Positions 10,244 to 20,447 of a stretch of 58,154 nucleotides of DNA are shown here, piece after piece. Location: the NCBI GenBank assembly GCA_037447435.1, contig JBBIGR010000033.1, forward strand, positions 1-58,154. The letters run 5' to 3'. Origin of the DNA: Fibrobacteria bacterium. Its GTDB lineage: Bacteria; Fibrobacterota; Chitinivibrionia; Chitinivibrionales; FEN-1185. Both the position numbers and the translations under genes were made by a program. The notes beneath the pieces were generated by a model. It had not been told where the DNA came from. It was given only the letters and a program-made list of their open reading frames with translations, and did not search any database. Within the stretch, counting starts at the first letter, position 1; every line of letters begins with the position of its first letter.

Positions 10244-11068
10244 CTAATTACGCGCTTCGCTGCGGGATAATCCGGGAAATGCCTCCGACAGTTCGCCGTC
10301 GCTGAGATGGCAATAGCCGCTGGGCTGCAGATTTCCCAAAGTGAGTCCGCCGAATGCGACGCGTTTTAAGCGTGTCACTTCGTGGCCTACGGCCTTGCAC
10401 AACCGGCGGATTTCGCGATTTTTCCCTTGAGTCAAAGTCAACACGAGATGCGACTCACGGCCGCTTGCCTTACGAACAATAACGGTACTTGCCTGCAAGG
10501 TTTCATCGTCGTCGACAATACCGTTCCGCATTTTTTCAGCATCCTGCTCGGTCATTTTACCGCGCACGGTGACCGTATAAACACGCGGAACATTGTTTTT
10601 TGGGTCGGTGAGCCAGGAGGAAATCGCGGTATTGTTTGTCAAGAGCAAAAGTCCCGATGTGGCAAAATCGAGCCGCCCCACGCAATGGTAGGATTGATAA
10701 ATCGGCGGCAAAAGCGAGTATACCGTGGGTCGGTCTTTTTCGTCTTTGCGGCTCGTTATCACGCCTTTAGGTTTGTAAAGCATGACAACCGCTGCATCCG
10801 CCTGGAAAAGTTCTTTCCCTTTGTGGCAAATGATTGAACCGGGACTCACAGTCATATCGGGATCGCGAATGACCGTACCATCGACACTGATTTCGCCCCT
10901 TATGATCAGTTCCTGCGCTTGCGTACGGGAGGCAAAACCGAGCTTGGACAAAGCCCGGCACAACGATAATGAGGGATTGCTGTTTTTCGAATTCACAGAG
11001 AAAAAATAGGTTTTATGACGCAGCGGGGCGACATTTTTTTTCAACAAACGCGATATACGCCCTAGCAT
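10244..11068 (-). CDS. rRNA pseudouridine synthase (RsuA/RluB family)
   Basis: S4 domain, YKPKG, catalytic GRLD, GKNREIRR. The true start may be about 70 nt downstream. Confidence 0.92.
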   Translation of the reverse strand: MLGRISRLLKKNVAPLRHKTYFFSVNSKNSNPSLSLCRALSKLGFASRTQAQELIIRGEISVDGTVIRDPDMTVSPGSIICHKGKELFQADAAVVMLYKPKGVITSRKDEKDRPTVYSLLPPIYQSYHCVGRLDFATSGLLLLTNNTAISSWLTDPKNNVPRVYTVTVRGKMTEQDAEKMRNGIVDDDETLQASTVIVRKASGRESHLVLTLTQGKNREIRRLCKAVGHEVTRLKRVAFGGLTLGNLQPSGYCHLSDGELSEAFPGLSRSEARN

Positions 11069-11130
11069 TGTCCCTGATCATGTATGTTACTTCCACAGGG
11101 CTAAGTTCTTTTTCATTCCCGGAGGAAATT

Positions 11131-11364
11131 ATGGGTCGAAATGATTCTGCACAAACAAGAACGTTCAACATTGTTGAGCGAAGCAATTTTTCGGATGACG
11201 ATTTGACATGGATCAAATCATTGATCCATGTCAATGTAGTCACCCTGCAAAAAAAATCCATACGGGTTTTTACCGAGACCGAAGACGCCATTTTCGGCAT
11301 TATCACTGCCATCAATAAAAAATACTGCAATAGCGCCAAACCGAAACTGAGCCCGTTGTTTTAG
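11131..11364 (+). CDS. Small hypothetical protein (77 aa)
   Basis: GGAGG RBS before ATG 11131; it fills the intergenic gap. Confidence 0.55.
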   Translation: MGRNDSAQTRTFNIVERSNFSDDDLTWIKSLIHVNVVTLQKKSIRVFTETEDAIFGIITAINKKYCNSAKPKLSPLF

Positions 11365-11444
11365 TTTTAGCCGTGATTGAATCTACCCTTTTCGCATAGA
11401 CCATGGTTCCGAAGTTTACCGTGCGTATGATTTTTATTGAGTGA

Positions 11445-12035
11445 CTAAACACCTTCTTCCATTTCCCAAAGTACCGCAGGGGCGTCTTTTGCAAGAAACA
11501 ATCCACCCCCAAGGGTACGGAAATGGCGGGACAATTCCTTCCGGTACCATTTTCCTGTCCGTAAATGTATTGCGTCGTCGGTGGCGGACCGGTCGCAATG
11601 ATGGTGCCAGTCTTTTTCGGTAACCACTTCGAGATATAGCGCCCCGCGGCAATGCCGCGCGAGGTTTTCGATCGCTTTTTCGGCATCCGCATCGTCGAGA
11701 TATTGCAGGACACTTTGACAAACAACCAAATCGAATTTTTTCCCAAGGGAAAAATCGATTACCGACCCTTTTTGCCATCCGAACTTTTTGCAAAGATAAT
11801 CGCTATATTCCACTCCGCAAAAACGCGCCTTCGGATACCGCGACGCGAGCGCGTTTTTCCATTCGCCGAGCCCGCAACCGACATCGAGGATACTTCTCAT
11901 CGGCAAACCAAGATGCCGCAGATATCCGAAAATGAAATCCGCCAACGCGGGAATGTTTTTTTTATCGCGTATCCTGGTATTGACGTTCAGATAAAACCGA
12001 TCGTAATACTCCCGATTGAAATATTCCTTATCCAT
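11445..12035 (-). CDS. Class I SAM-dependent methyltransferase
   Basis: ILDVGCGLG and FDLVVCQSVLQY motifs. Confidence 0.88.
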   Translation of the reverse strand: MDKEYFNREYYDRFYLNVNTRIRDKKNIPALADFIFGYLRHLGLPMRSILDVGCGLGEWKNALASRYPKARFCGVEYSDYLCKKFGWQKGSVIDFSLGKKFDLVVCQSVLQYLDDADAEKAIENLARHCRGALYLEVVTEKDWHHHCDRSATDDAIHLRTGKWYRKELSRHFRTLGGGLFLAKDAPAVLWEMEEGV

Positions 12036-12230
12036 AGTACACCGCCACCATTGTTTTTTTTGTCCTTTAGCCGAAACGGATACGGCCCCGTTTACGCTAT
12101 TGGATCATTGCGGAAAAACCAATGCCTCGTCCACAGGTATAAAATCGTACATACGCCGAATGATTGCACTGTTTTTTTTCACGGTATATATATTTGACAA
12201 ACGCGGAACCGCAACCGTATATTAAAAGAA

Positions 12231-14390
12231 ATGATTCCACCACATAAAAAACAGTTTAATCCGGACCGTTTTCCGACGGTCTGCCTGCTGATCCTATCCG
12301 TATTTCTCATGGCCGCAAGCAATGATATTTCCTGGCCCGTTTCTCCGATTATAATGGGGTTCGGTTCCAACGGCACACTCCCCGTCGTTACCGACAGCGT
12401 AAAGAGTCCGCTGTGGCGCGGGAAATCCGTTTATATCTTTCACCCCGCCGGCCCGGAAAAAAGATATCCGCTTGTCCTTTTTTGCCACGGTTTTGGGGCG
12501 AATGACCCTGACGTGTATCGCCCGCTTATCGACAACATCGTAAGCCGGGGAAACGTCCTTGTTTTTTCTCCGTATAAGACCTTCGCATTCGATCCTTCAC
12601 AAAAAAAGAAATACCGGATGATGATGAAAGGATTCGAAGCGGCAGTGACCGGGTTTTCTTCCGTTATCGATACGACGCGGTTGGGCATCATCGGCCATTC
12701 GTACGGCGGCGGCGCAACGCCGGCCATCGGCTGGCATTGTCTTATCGAAAAGCAATGGGGGGCAAGCGGGTCCTTTCTTTTTATTATGGCCCCGTGGTAT
12801 TCGCATTTTTTGACCCAAGAAGAACTTGAAGCGTTTCCGCAATCCACCCACCTGATCATGGAAACTTTCGGCAACGACAATGTCAATGATCCCCGAATGG
12901 CAATTGATATCTATAACAATATGGCCCTTCCCGATAGCCAAAAAATGTTCGTCCAGCTGCAAAGCGACTCGATTCCCGGATATCGGCTCATAGCCGACCA
13001 TTCGGTCCCTACCGGGCCGAACGATAACCACGGCCGTACCGATGCGCTTGATTATTACGGGGTGTTCAAATTCGTCGACGCACTTGCCGATTACGTTTTT
13101 ACGGGCGATACTTTGGCGCGCGGCATTGCGATGGGCAACGGGACCCCGGGGCAAACTTACATGGGCAAATGGCCCGACGGACGGGCTATTACCCCGTGCA
13201 TCGTGACCCGCTCGCCGGCATTATCGAATATTTCCAAACAATATATGAACGTATGGGAAAGCGTTGTCAATCCCCGTCGGTTCGATTCCCCTTCATTTTT
13301 GCCCGAAAACAAAAAGAACCGGTTTTATTTTGGCCGTAAAGCATTCCGCAATTATTGGGACTTCGCACTGCAACGATTCAAGTCAAGGTTTACCGAAAAG
13401 CAATTACCCGACCCATCGGGTTGTTCGATTCCGCCGATTACCGAAGGGTTCGGTGCCCACGGTCCTTATTCCATGAAATGGGACAGCATTCCGCATCCGA
13501 CCTGGAAACATCATGTCGTTTCGGTGTTTTATCCCGAATCAATTTCATTTCCCCGGCCCGTTGTATTTTTCTGCCACGGGTATTCGAAATCGAATCCGCT
13601 GAATTACCTTCCGCTCATCATGCATATGGTTAGTAAAGGCTTTATCGTCGTCTTTTCGCCTTATCAAAATGTTGCATTTGACCCAAAAGGCGTAAAAAAA
13701 TATTCGACGATGATGGCCGGATTTGATGCCGCCGTGGCAAAGTACGGGGGTAAAATGGATACTTCCCGCATCGCATATGTGGGACATTCGTATGGAGCCG
13801 GTGCCATTCCCGCAGTCGCGCTTGACGGAATCGTCAACCGCAAATGGGGTGAAAACGGCGCGTTCCTGTTTCTTATGGCGCCCTTTTACAGCTATGAAAT
13901 GGATGAAATCAAGCTCAAGCTCTTTCCGAAATCGGTCATCATGGTTATTGAAGTCTATGACCAGGACAGGTTGCTTGACCACCGCATGGCAATATCGCTG
14001 TTCAATCAGATCGGCATTCCAAAGGACAACAAGAATTTCCTTTTTGTCTATAGCGATTCCTGCAACAACGTCGTATTACGGGCAGACCATAACACGCCAA
14101 AGGGCCCGTTCGATCCTCACAGTGAGGAGGACGCGCTCGACCAGTACGGCATTTACCGTATTTTCGACGCGCTCGCTGCCGCGGCATTCGATAGAAAGAC
14201 CCATGGCCGGGAAGTCGCGCTCGGCTCGGGGGCTTTGACAACGTATATGGGAAAATGGGCAAACGGCAAGCCGGTTATCCCATTGTATGCAACAAAAAAC
14301 CCCGTACCCAACCATCCGCAGGATTATTATGCATTCCATTGGGGTTCCCGGCTGAACCCGCTCAGAAGACAGATTTTCCTGGAAAAATAA
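12231..14390 (+). CDS. Secreted tandem alpha/beta hydrolase (two chlorophyllase/cutinase-like domains)
   Basis: N-terminal hydrophobic signal and two repeats, each with FCHG, GHSYG, an Asp motif and ADH. Confidence 0.85.
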   Translation: MIPPHKKQFNPDRFPTVCLLILSVFLMAASNDISWPVSPIIMGFGSNGTLPVVTDSVKSPLWRGKSVYIFHPAGPEKRYPLVLFCHGFGANDPDVYRPLIDNIVSRGNVLVFSPYKTFAFDPSQKKKYRMMMKGFEAAVTGFSSVIDTTRLGIIGHSYGGGATPAIGWHCLIEKQWGASGSFLFIMAPWYSHFLTQEELEAFPQSTHLIMETFGNDNVNDPRMAIDIYNNMALPDSQKMFVQLQSDSIPGYRLIADHSVPTGPNDNHGRTDALDYYGVFKFVDALADYVFTGDTLARGIAMGNGTPGQTYMGKWPDGRAITPCIVTRSPALSNISKQYMNVWESVVNPRRFDSPSFLPENKKNRFYFGRKAFRNYWDFALQRFKSRFTEKQLPDPSGCSIPPITEGFGAHGPYSMKWDSIPHPTWKHHVVSVFYPESISFPRPVVFFCHGYSKSNPLNYLPLIMHMVSKGFIVVFSPYQNVAFDPKGVKKYSTMMAGFDAAVAKYGGKMDTSRIAYVGHSYGAGAIPAVALDGIVNRKWGENGAFLFLMAPFYSYEMDEIKLKLFPKSVIMVIEVYDQDRLLDHRMAISLFNQIGIPKDNKNFLFVYSDSCNNVVLRADHNTPKGPFDPHSEEDALDQYGIYRIFDALAAAAFDRKTHGREVALGSGALTTYMGKWANGKPVIPLYATKNPVPNHPQDYYAFHWGSRLNPLRRQIFLEK

Positions 14391-14401
14391 AACCCTGCCG
14401 C

Positions 14402-15190
14402 CTACATTTCTTCGGCGCGAATCGTCCAGATATCGTCGGAAAGATTTCTATTGTCAAGATACGCATACGGCATGGTGAAATATCCTTTTTGTCCCCAATC
14501 TTCACCCCAGGAATTCCGGACCAAAAATCTCTTGTCGGCATCGGTATAGCCCACGGCCAAAACCGCATGACCGCCCATCATCTTTTCGCCGTGCTTCGGC
14601 ATGGACAAAACACCCGACCTTGCCACGGCTTGCGACTCGAAACTTTCGTACACGGTAAACCCGAAAACAAACGGGAAACCGGCGGCAAGACAGGATCGCA
14701 TTTGGTCGAGACTTTCGATTCGCTGATACGAGGTCACCTGGTAGTTGAGCCCTTCTTTATAGCACGCCGGACCGGGTTTGACTGTAAATTGGGCGATGTT
14801 GTAGGGCCAGCGTTGTTCGGTGCAGGCGCCTTGCTTAACAAGAGTTTTAATCCCGTCGCGAATTTGAGCGCCGCTGTCATGATTCACCGACTTTTCAATG
14901 ACCCGTTCGTTGTAATACACAAAAAGCCTGCTCATGTCCACGACCGATTTATTGCTTTTAATCTGAAGGGCTTCCAACGCGCCTACAAGGGCATTTGCCG
15001 TGCAACTGCCGAGTTGCCCCTGATCCTCGACTTTTGAGCATATTGACCGTAAATCAACCGACGGCGGGAGCTTTTTAGGAATTTTGTATACGGCGCTAAA
15101 AGGAATGTCGCGATGATCGGGCAAATCGGGTTTCCAACCATAACTTCGTTTCGCGGCTTTTTTACCAGAGGATTTTTTTGTTGAAGGCAT
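14402..15190 (-). CDS. C1 (papain-family) cysteine peptidase
   Basis: QGQLGSCT, GHAVLAVGY and RNSWG motifs, plus a YGWKPDLPD pro-region. Likely start 15190. Confidence 0.92.
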   Translation of the reverse strand: MPSTKKSSGKKAAKRSYGWKPDLPDHRDIPFSAVYKIPKKLPPSVDLRSICSKVEDQGQLGSCTANALVGALEALQIKSNKSVVDMSRLFVYYNERVIEKSVNHDSGAQIRDGIKTLVKQGACTEQRWPYNIAQFTVKPGPACYKEGLNYQVTSYQRIESLDQMRSCLAAGFPFVFGFTVYESFESQAVARSGVLSMPKHGEKMMGGHAVLAVGYTDADKRFLVRNSWGEDWGQKGYFTMPYAYLDNRNLSDDIWTIRAEEM

Positions 15191-15376
15191 AAAGAATCCT
15201 TTGAAAAAGAGTTGATGGATTTTTTTATATAACGATAATATAAAAACGCGCAACGACAGGAACAATAAAAATCCCGGAAGAAAACGGATGCAGTTATATG
15301 AGGCCGAAAGGATTGCAACTATTTCAATGCAGCGGGCAGCAGTACAAAAGATCCTCGATATATATTACTTGTAAAT

Positions 15377-16378
15377 TTACATCGCGAGCGGTATTTTAAG
15401 AGTGAATTGGGCTCCGCCGAGGGATGAATTATCTAAAAGCACATCGCCGTGAAGCAAATCCATACTCATTTTCACGCCGGCAAGCCCAAGGCCGCTGCCG
15501 TGTTCTTTATCGGTGACATATGCTTCAAAAACGGTTCTCCATTTATGTAACGGCACGCCGGGCCCGTCGTCATGCACCTCGACGAATGCGAAACCGTCTT
15601 TCGCGGTCAGCCGGACCTCGATGACGCCTTCCTGTTTTACCGCATCGGCAGCGTTGATGATCAAATTGATAAGGCATTGTTCGAGCACTGCCGCATTTGA
15701 CTTAACCAATATTTTCTGAAACGGTTCGATATGGATGTCGCAGGTGCTGACCCGTTTATGGTTGCGCGTGAGTTCGACCGTGTCCCTCACCAGTTTTCCC
15801 AGCTCAAAAACAGAGACATCGTAATTTATTTCCTTTTTCCCGATTTCTCGCAATGTCTTTGCACTTGTTTCCATTCGTTGCATCGAGGAGTCGAGGTAAT
15901 TAAGGAATTTCAAACTCCCGGACGACGAAGGAAGTCGTTCCTTTAGTTCGGATATCGAATGAAAACAAATGGTGAGGAGATTATTGATGTCGTGAGCGAT
16001 GCTTGCCGCATAAATCCCTGCCAGTGCACGGCGTTCATAATCGGAAACGATTTTACGGTGTTCGTTAATGGTTTCCGATTGCTTTTGTATAACCGTCTCT
16101 TTTTGTCCGATTGTTTCGCGCTGAAGGTTAATCGTCGTTTTCTGTGTGGTGATTTTATTCAATTGAACGAGCATGTAAATGAAGAGCAGGATCCCGGTAG
16201 AAAGGATAAAAGCTATACCTTTGACAAGCTCAATATGGGCCAGAAGTTCGACATTTGCGGTACTGAGCCGCGCGATACGACCCGAGAGCCAAATATATAA
16301 AGAACAGAAAACTATATACCCGAGGGAAAAATACAACGCCCGTTTTAAATTCTTACCGGCTGAAGGCTTCATGACCAA
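15377..16378 (-). CDS. Membrane sensor histidine kinase
   Basis: Two TM helices, HDINN, NAADA, DDGPG, GSGLGL. Confidence 0.9.
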   Translation of the reverse strand: MVMKPSAGKNLKRALYFSLGYIVFCSLYIWLSGRIARLSTANVELLAHIELVKGIAFILSTGILLFIYMLVQLNKITTQKTTINLQRETIGQKETVIQKQSETINEHRKIVSDYERRALAGIYAASIAHDINNLLTICFHSISELKERLPSSSGSLKFLNYLDSSMQRMETSAKTLREIGKKEINYDVSVFELGKLVRDTVELTRNHKRVSTCDIHIEPFQKILVKSNAAVLEQCLINLIINAADAVKQEGVIEVRLTAKDGFAFVEVHDDGPGVPLHKWRTVFEAYVTDKEHGSGLGLAGVKMSMDLLHGDVLLDNSSLGGAQFTLKIPLAM

Positions 16379-16393
16379 CGATCCTATGCAAAT

Positions 16394-17515
16394 TTATTTT
16401 GGTAAAAGAAATGTAAAGACGGTACCCTGTTGGGGGCTGGAGATAAACGTCATTTTCCCCTTAAGTAACTCTTCCCCAAACAGTTTCATGGAATAGGTGC
16501 CTATTCCTTTCCCGCCGCCGTTTTTCGTGCTGAAATTCCGCTGAAAGATGCGGTGTTGGATTTCGGGCGGAATTACGCCGCTGTTATGCACTGAAAAAGC
16601 GGTATGCTGCTGCGTTTGCGAAATAGTTAATTCGACGGTATCGTGGGCGTGCGAAGCTTCAAACGCATTTGTTATCATGTTCACGAGAATTCGATATAAA
16701 AGAGAATAGTCGGCAGTGACGAACGAATTTTCAAATCCTTGCGGCAAGACCAGCGTTTTATCCTTTGAAAATTCGGATGCGGCATGGAAACCGTGCAATT
16801 CCTTAATAAAATGGCCAAGATTGATTTCCTCGAAGTTCGGTTCGTAATGGCTTGCTTTGTTAGAAAACAACATACGCTGCATTTCGATTTCTTTACTCAT
16901 TCGCATCACTAACCGATTGAGACGTTTAACGTTTTTGCTTTCCGGCTCATCGGAGACCAACAATTCGGACAAACCTTCGAGGCCCGTCAGTAAATTGCCT
17001 ATATCATGAAAGAAAACGCGCTCGATGGAGGCCCATTTTTGGTCTTGCGTCATGTCGGTGAGGAAAACGATCATGAAATCATGGGAATTCAGCGTAACGG
17101 GAACGACACGGACCTTAAAATATAAATCGACATTTTCACCATTGGCAACGGCTTCTATGCAACACTTTTGATCGGCGGGTTTGCGGTCGGCCTGACAGAT
17201 CATCATTGCTATCGCAGCGCCACAGGTTTGACAGAATTTCGTCGTACCGCAGCCGGCAGGCTCTTCCTTTGAATGCCGGCATTCAACGATTTCTCCGAGA
17301 CGAAGTCCGAACAATTCCGAAGCATCGGTAAACCCGAATGTCCTTAAAAGATCGGCGTTGACCGTTATGACTTGCCGATTTTTATTGAGTACCGCCAGGA
17401 CACCGGCAACCGAACGAAGCAGCGTGTTGATGACGGGATGAAGGCTGACAAAACGGATTTCAGCCTGCAACTCTTCTAAGCTGCTTTTTTGAGCCGGAGC
17501 GAAATTGGTGTCCAT
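16394..17515 (-). CDS. Cytoplasmic histidine kinase with a Cys-rich PAS-like sensor
   Basis: FFHDIGN, NAFEA, FSTK, GIGTY. Sensor motif CRH-x6-GCGTTKFCQTC. Confidence 0.88.
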   Translation of the reverse strand: MDTNFAPAQKSSLEELQAEIRFVSLHPVINTLLRSVAGVLAVLNKNRQVITVNADLLRTFGFTDASELFGLRLGEIVECRHSKEEPAGCGTTKFCQTCGAAIAMMICQADRKPADQKCCIEAVANGENVDLYFKVRVVPVTLNSHDFMIVFLTDMTQDQKWASIERVFFHDIGNLLTGLEGLSELLVSDEPESKNVKRLNRLVMRMSKEIEMQRMLFSNKASHYEPNFEEINLGHFIKELHGFHAASEFSKDKTLVLPQGFENSFVTADYSLLYRILVNMITNAFEASHAHDTVELTISQTQQHTAFSVHNSGVIPPEIQHRIFQRNFSTKNGGGKGIGTYSMKLFGEELLKGKMTFISSPQQGTVFTFLLPK

Positions 17516-17635
17516 ACCTTTTCCCCATTTGTTACTATTCTTATTAGCAATATATTAATTAAAACGGGGCAATTGCAACGATATTGGGAATTTTCGTAGA
17601 CATAAGGAAGCGGCTGAGCCGAAGGGAGCGATATT

Positions 17636-17667
17636 CCGTTACGCAAGATATCGATCCGGCGTAACGG
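17636..17667. terminator. Stem-loop downstream of the DUF4398-like gene
   Basis: CCGTTACGC...GCGTAACGG inverted repeat; no clear U-tract. Confidence 0.4.
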
Positions 17668-17674
17668 TACTAAA

Positions 17675-18286
17675 TTACTTTTTTGACTTTTTGGGTGCGG
17701 CTTTTCCTATTATTGTTGTCAATTCCTCCTTGATAGAATCCAGTTTTGCAACGGTTCCATTTATTTGAAAAATAGCCTTGGGATAATTCTCTATCGATTT
17801 GGCCTGAACCGCATCGGCACGTGATGCATCGATGGTTGCTATTTCATTTTCGATTGTCCCCAGCGATGCTTTTGCATCTTTGCCTTTTGGAACCTTGGTA
17901 AGCAGCTGTTTGGTTTCGGCCATCAAAGCATCTTCTTTGGAAAGGGACGAATCCACCGCCGTCTTCATTCTCTGCTTTTCTTCCAGGGCTTTGGTTTGTG
18001 CATTATGCGCCAGAACCGTTGCCGTAACCAACAACGCTTTGGCTTTATCGTAATTGCGGCCAAGAAGTCCGGTTTTTTGTTTCTCAATTTCGGCGACGGC
18101 GGCTTTTAACGAGTCGTTTGCAGCAGAGAATTCAACCGCAACATATTTATCGGCCCCAAAAGCAAGCGCGGAATCCAAAGAAGCTTTCGCATTGCTCAAT
18201 TCGGATTCGGGAATTTTCGCGCAACCGGACAAAACAACGATCATACCAGAAACCGCTACGCATGCAACACAACCAAACACTCTCAT
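17675..18286 (-). CDS. DUF4398-like helical lipoprotein
   Basis: Lipobox LSGC, GADKY motif, Ala/Lys-rich helices. Confidence 0.75.
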   Translation of the reverse strand: MRVFGCVACVAVSGMIVVLSGCAKIPESELSNAKASLDSALAFGADKYVAVEFSAANDSLKAAVAEIEKQKTGLLGRNYDKAKALLVTATVLAHNAQTKALEEKQRMKTAVDSSLSKEDALMAETKQLLTKVPKGKDAKASLGTIENEIATIDASRADAVQAKSIENYPKAIFQINGTVAKLDSIKEELTTIIGKAAPKKSKK

Positions 18287-18369
18287 GATACAACTCCTTA
18301 TAAATTAAAAGATTTTTTAAAAAAACAGGTCGCGATCATTTTTTAAATAATTTCCATTTTGCTAAAAAC

Positions 18370-18386
18370 AGCAACACGGTCGCCGA
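18370..18386 (-). promoter_or_regulatory. Possible sigma54 promoter for the lipoprotein gene
   Basis: TCGGCGACCGTGTTGCT fits GG-N10-GC. Confidence 0.4.
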
Positions 18387-18460
18387 CACAACCACCATTC
18401 CTATTATTACGATTTTTTTCAAGATAGTCTCCTTTGTATAACTACTTTTCAAGGCAGTAC

Positions 18461-18652
18461 TTATGCATTTCGTTTGAAAAAGCCGCGAACGCTGTAAATC
18501 TTCTTTTTTCCTCCTTGCATGGTTACTACGATTTCCTCACCATTCAGTTCGGCATTCATTGCTCCGGCGCAAATAACCCGTTCCCGTTCCCCGTTTGCAC
18601 CGAAAACCCTCACGATACCGTCAACGACTTTTACCTTGTGCGATTCGGCCAT
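18461..18652 (-). CDS. Small hypothetical protein (63 aa, two beta-hairpin-like repeats)
   Basis: GAGG RBS; internally similar halves VVDGIVRVF..NG and MQGGKKKIY..RG. Confidence 0.65.
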   Translation of the reverse strand: MAESHKVKVVDGIVRVFGANGERERVICAGAMNAELNGEEIVVTMQGGKKKIYSVRGFFKRNA

Positions 18653-18705
18653 AGTGTTCCTCAGCAGTTTTAATTGATAGTATCCCCATGCCGTTTATTC
18701 AAGCA

Positions 18706-19425
18706 TTATGAGACCGCATAATTTTCAAAGGCGTCTCGTAATTCCTGATCCTTTGGTTTTATGCATAAATCAATATCCTGCGAATCGAATTGAATGATTT
18801 CCCCAAACAAAGGATTTTTTTCGCACGCCGCTTCCCATTTTCCGCAAAATTCCGAAAGCCATTGACATAAAGATTCCATTGCGACCTTTCGTTCGAACGC
18901 ATTGTTTTGCGAGGATCTTTTCAGGCTTTCGAGGCGCTGGATGACTGCATTGCAAATATCGATTTCCTCGCTTGCCGAGGTGATTTGAACTTCTCCAAAG
19001 CCCGATCCTGCCAAATAAGCGACCAGATGCGGGTGTTCGCATATCTTTGCAAAGGAATTTTTTGCCTTTTCAAACGAAGCCCACCGCGATCGCGGCAAAG
19101 TCGCACCCATTCCGAGCATAGACAGGGAATCTTTTCCAAAACTTATTTTAGCGGCCTGCACGAATTCGAGATACCGTGCCGCAATACTTTTTTGCAAACC
19201 GATAATCCGGGAATCCAATGCATTGATTTCCTCATCGTCCGACATTTCCGCCCCAACGGCTATCGTTGCTTTATCGTAAAGCTGCCGTCCCAATTCAAAC
19301 CGCGTTTTCGGAAACCCGTCGCTTTCCATACAAGACGCCGCTGTTTCATGGAACGGTACGCTTGTAAGGACCGAATGAGCATAACGCAATATTTTTGTTA
19401 TTTTCGACCTTTGTACCTTCAGCAT
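18706..19425 (-). CDS. Helical hypothetical protein
   Basis: 239-aa ORF with an AAGGA RBS, overlapping the upstream radical SAM stop. Confidence 0.7.
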   Translation of the reverse strand: MLKVQRSKITKILRYAHSVLTSVPFHETAASCMESDGFPKTRFELGRQLYDKATIAVGAEMSDDEEINALDSRIIGLQKSIAARYLEFVQAAKISFGKDSLSMLGMGATLPRSRWASFEKAKNSFAKICEHPHLVAYLAGSGFGEVQITSASEEIDICNAVIQRLESLKRSSQNNAFERKVAMESLCQWLSEFCGKWEAACEKNPLFGEIIQFDSQDIDLCIKPKDQELRDAFENYAVS

Positions 19426-20255
19426 AAGTTTTCCTTTCGCACGGACTTGGTTTGACGCACACCATTCTCGGCCGCACCATGGTTTACAACACGAACTTTG
19501 GGGCCAAAATATGAAGCAAGATATTGCAACCGGACGATATCGGCCGAAACTGTTTTTAAGCCGCGATCGGCCGGTACGAAGGTTCGGACCATAATCTGTT
19601 TAGGGGCGAGGTTTTTGACCATTGCTGCCAAAGCCGCAACATGCGATTCATGAGAATTTATTCCGTCGACAAGGCTCACATTCACAGTGAATTCGCCCCT
19701 GAAACGCGATCGAAACTCGAAAAGTCCATTTACAAATCGCAAGTAAGGTATTTGCACCTGATACTGATTTATGGCGTGAAAAACATTTTTGTCTGCAGCA
19801 TCGATATTCGCGGAAACACTATCGGCGTTTTGAAGGTCTTGCTGTACCCCTTTCATCCATAACAATCCGCCGCACGATGCGACGGTTACGGGAACCGCGG
19901 TAGTTTTTTTTATGCCGCTTATAATTGCCCTGAGGTCGGAATGAAGAGTCGCTTCTCCGGGCCCGCAGATCACAATGTTTTGAACTGGACCGTTCCGACA
20001 CAATCTGCGTTCAAGATCATGGATGATCTTCTCTGTTAAGAAAAAGCATTCCCTGTTAATCGTCGCACGACTTGTCGGACCATAAGGGCAGTACGGGCAA
20101 TTGCCCGGGCAAACTTTATCGGGAACAGCATGTATTTCCAGGCAGTGTTTCCTGTCGAATCCGGTATTCCACACCAAGCCCTTTGCAATACAAGAGTCGT
20201 CGTTCTCCCCGGCAATCGAGCTCGCTTGCGGGAATATGATTGTTTTGGGATTCAT
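19419..20255 (-). CDS. Divergent radical SAM / Fe-S oxidoreductase (COG0731-like)
   Basis: CPGNCPYC, GPGEATL and GIN motifs; AGGAG RBS. Confidence 0.78.
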   Translation of the reverse strand: MNPKTIIFPQASSIAGENDDSCIAKGLVWNTGFDRKHCLEIHAVPDKVCPGNCPYCPYGPTSRATINRECFFLTEKIIHDLERRLCRNGPVQNIVICGPGEATLHSDLRAIISGIKKTTAVPVTVASCGGLLWMKGVQQDLQNADSVSANIDAADKNVFHAINQYQVQIPYLRFVNGLFEFRSRFRGEFTVNVSLVDGINSHESHVAALAAMVKNLAPKQIMVRTFVPADRGLKTVSADIVRLQYLASYFGPKVRVVNHGAAENGVRQTKSVRKENLC

Positions 20256-20326
20256 AAAAAGACTCCTGATATCAATTAAATGACACTTTTATTCCGCAAA
20301 GGTTCATTGAGCCTCATTACCTAACC

Positions 20327-20342
20327 GCAGATATTGTGCCAA
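20327..20342 (-). promoter_or_regulatory. Sigma54 (-24/-12) promoter
   Basis: TTGGCAC-AATAT-CTGC, about 70 nt upstream of the 20255 start and divergent from a sigma54 activator. Confidence 0.8.
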
Positions 20343-20356
20343 ACATTACTCTTTTG

Positions 20357-20369
20357 CAACTATTTGATT
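20357..20369 (-). promoter_or_regulatory. IHF-binding site
   Basis: AATCAAATAGTTG matches WATCAANNNNTTR exactly. Confidence 0.65.
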
Positions 20370-20405
20370 TATATAAATAATGAAACTATATTATTATATT
20401 TACAG

Positions 20406-20438
20406 GTCATTTTGACTGAATTTCACTGTCTTTTTGAC
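20406..20438. promoter_or_regulatory. Tandem palindromic upstream activator sequences
   Basis: GTCATTTTGAC (20406) and GTCTTTTTGAC (20428), with starts 22 bp apart. Confidence 0.65.
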
Positions 20439-20447
20439 AGAGGTATC

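Noticed and set aside
20334..20447. N-terminal extension of the sigma54 activator
   Set aside because: It overlaps the promoter, IHF and UAS elements. ATG 20448 has an RBS and begins the XylR_N domain.
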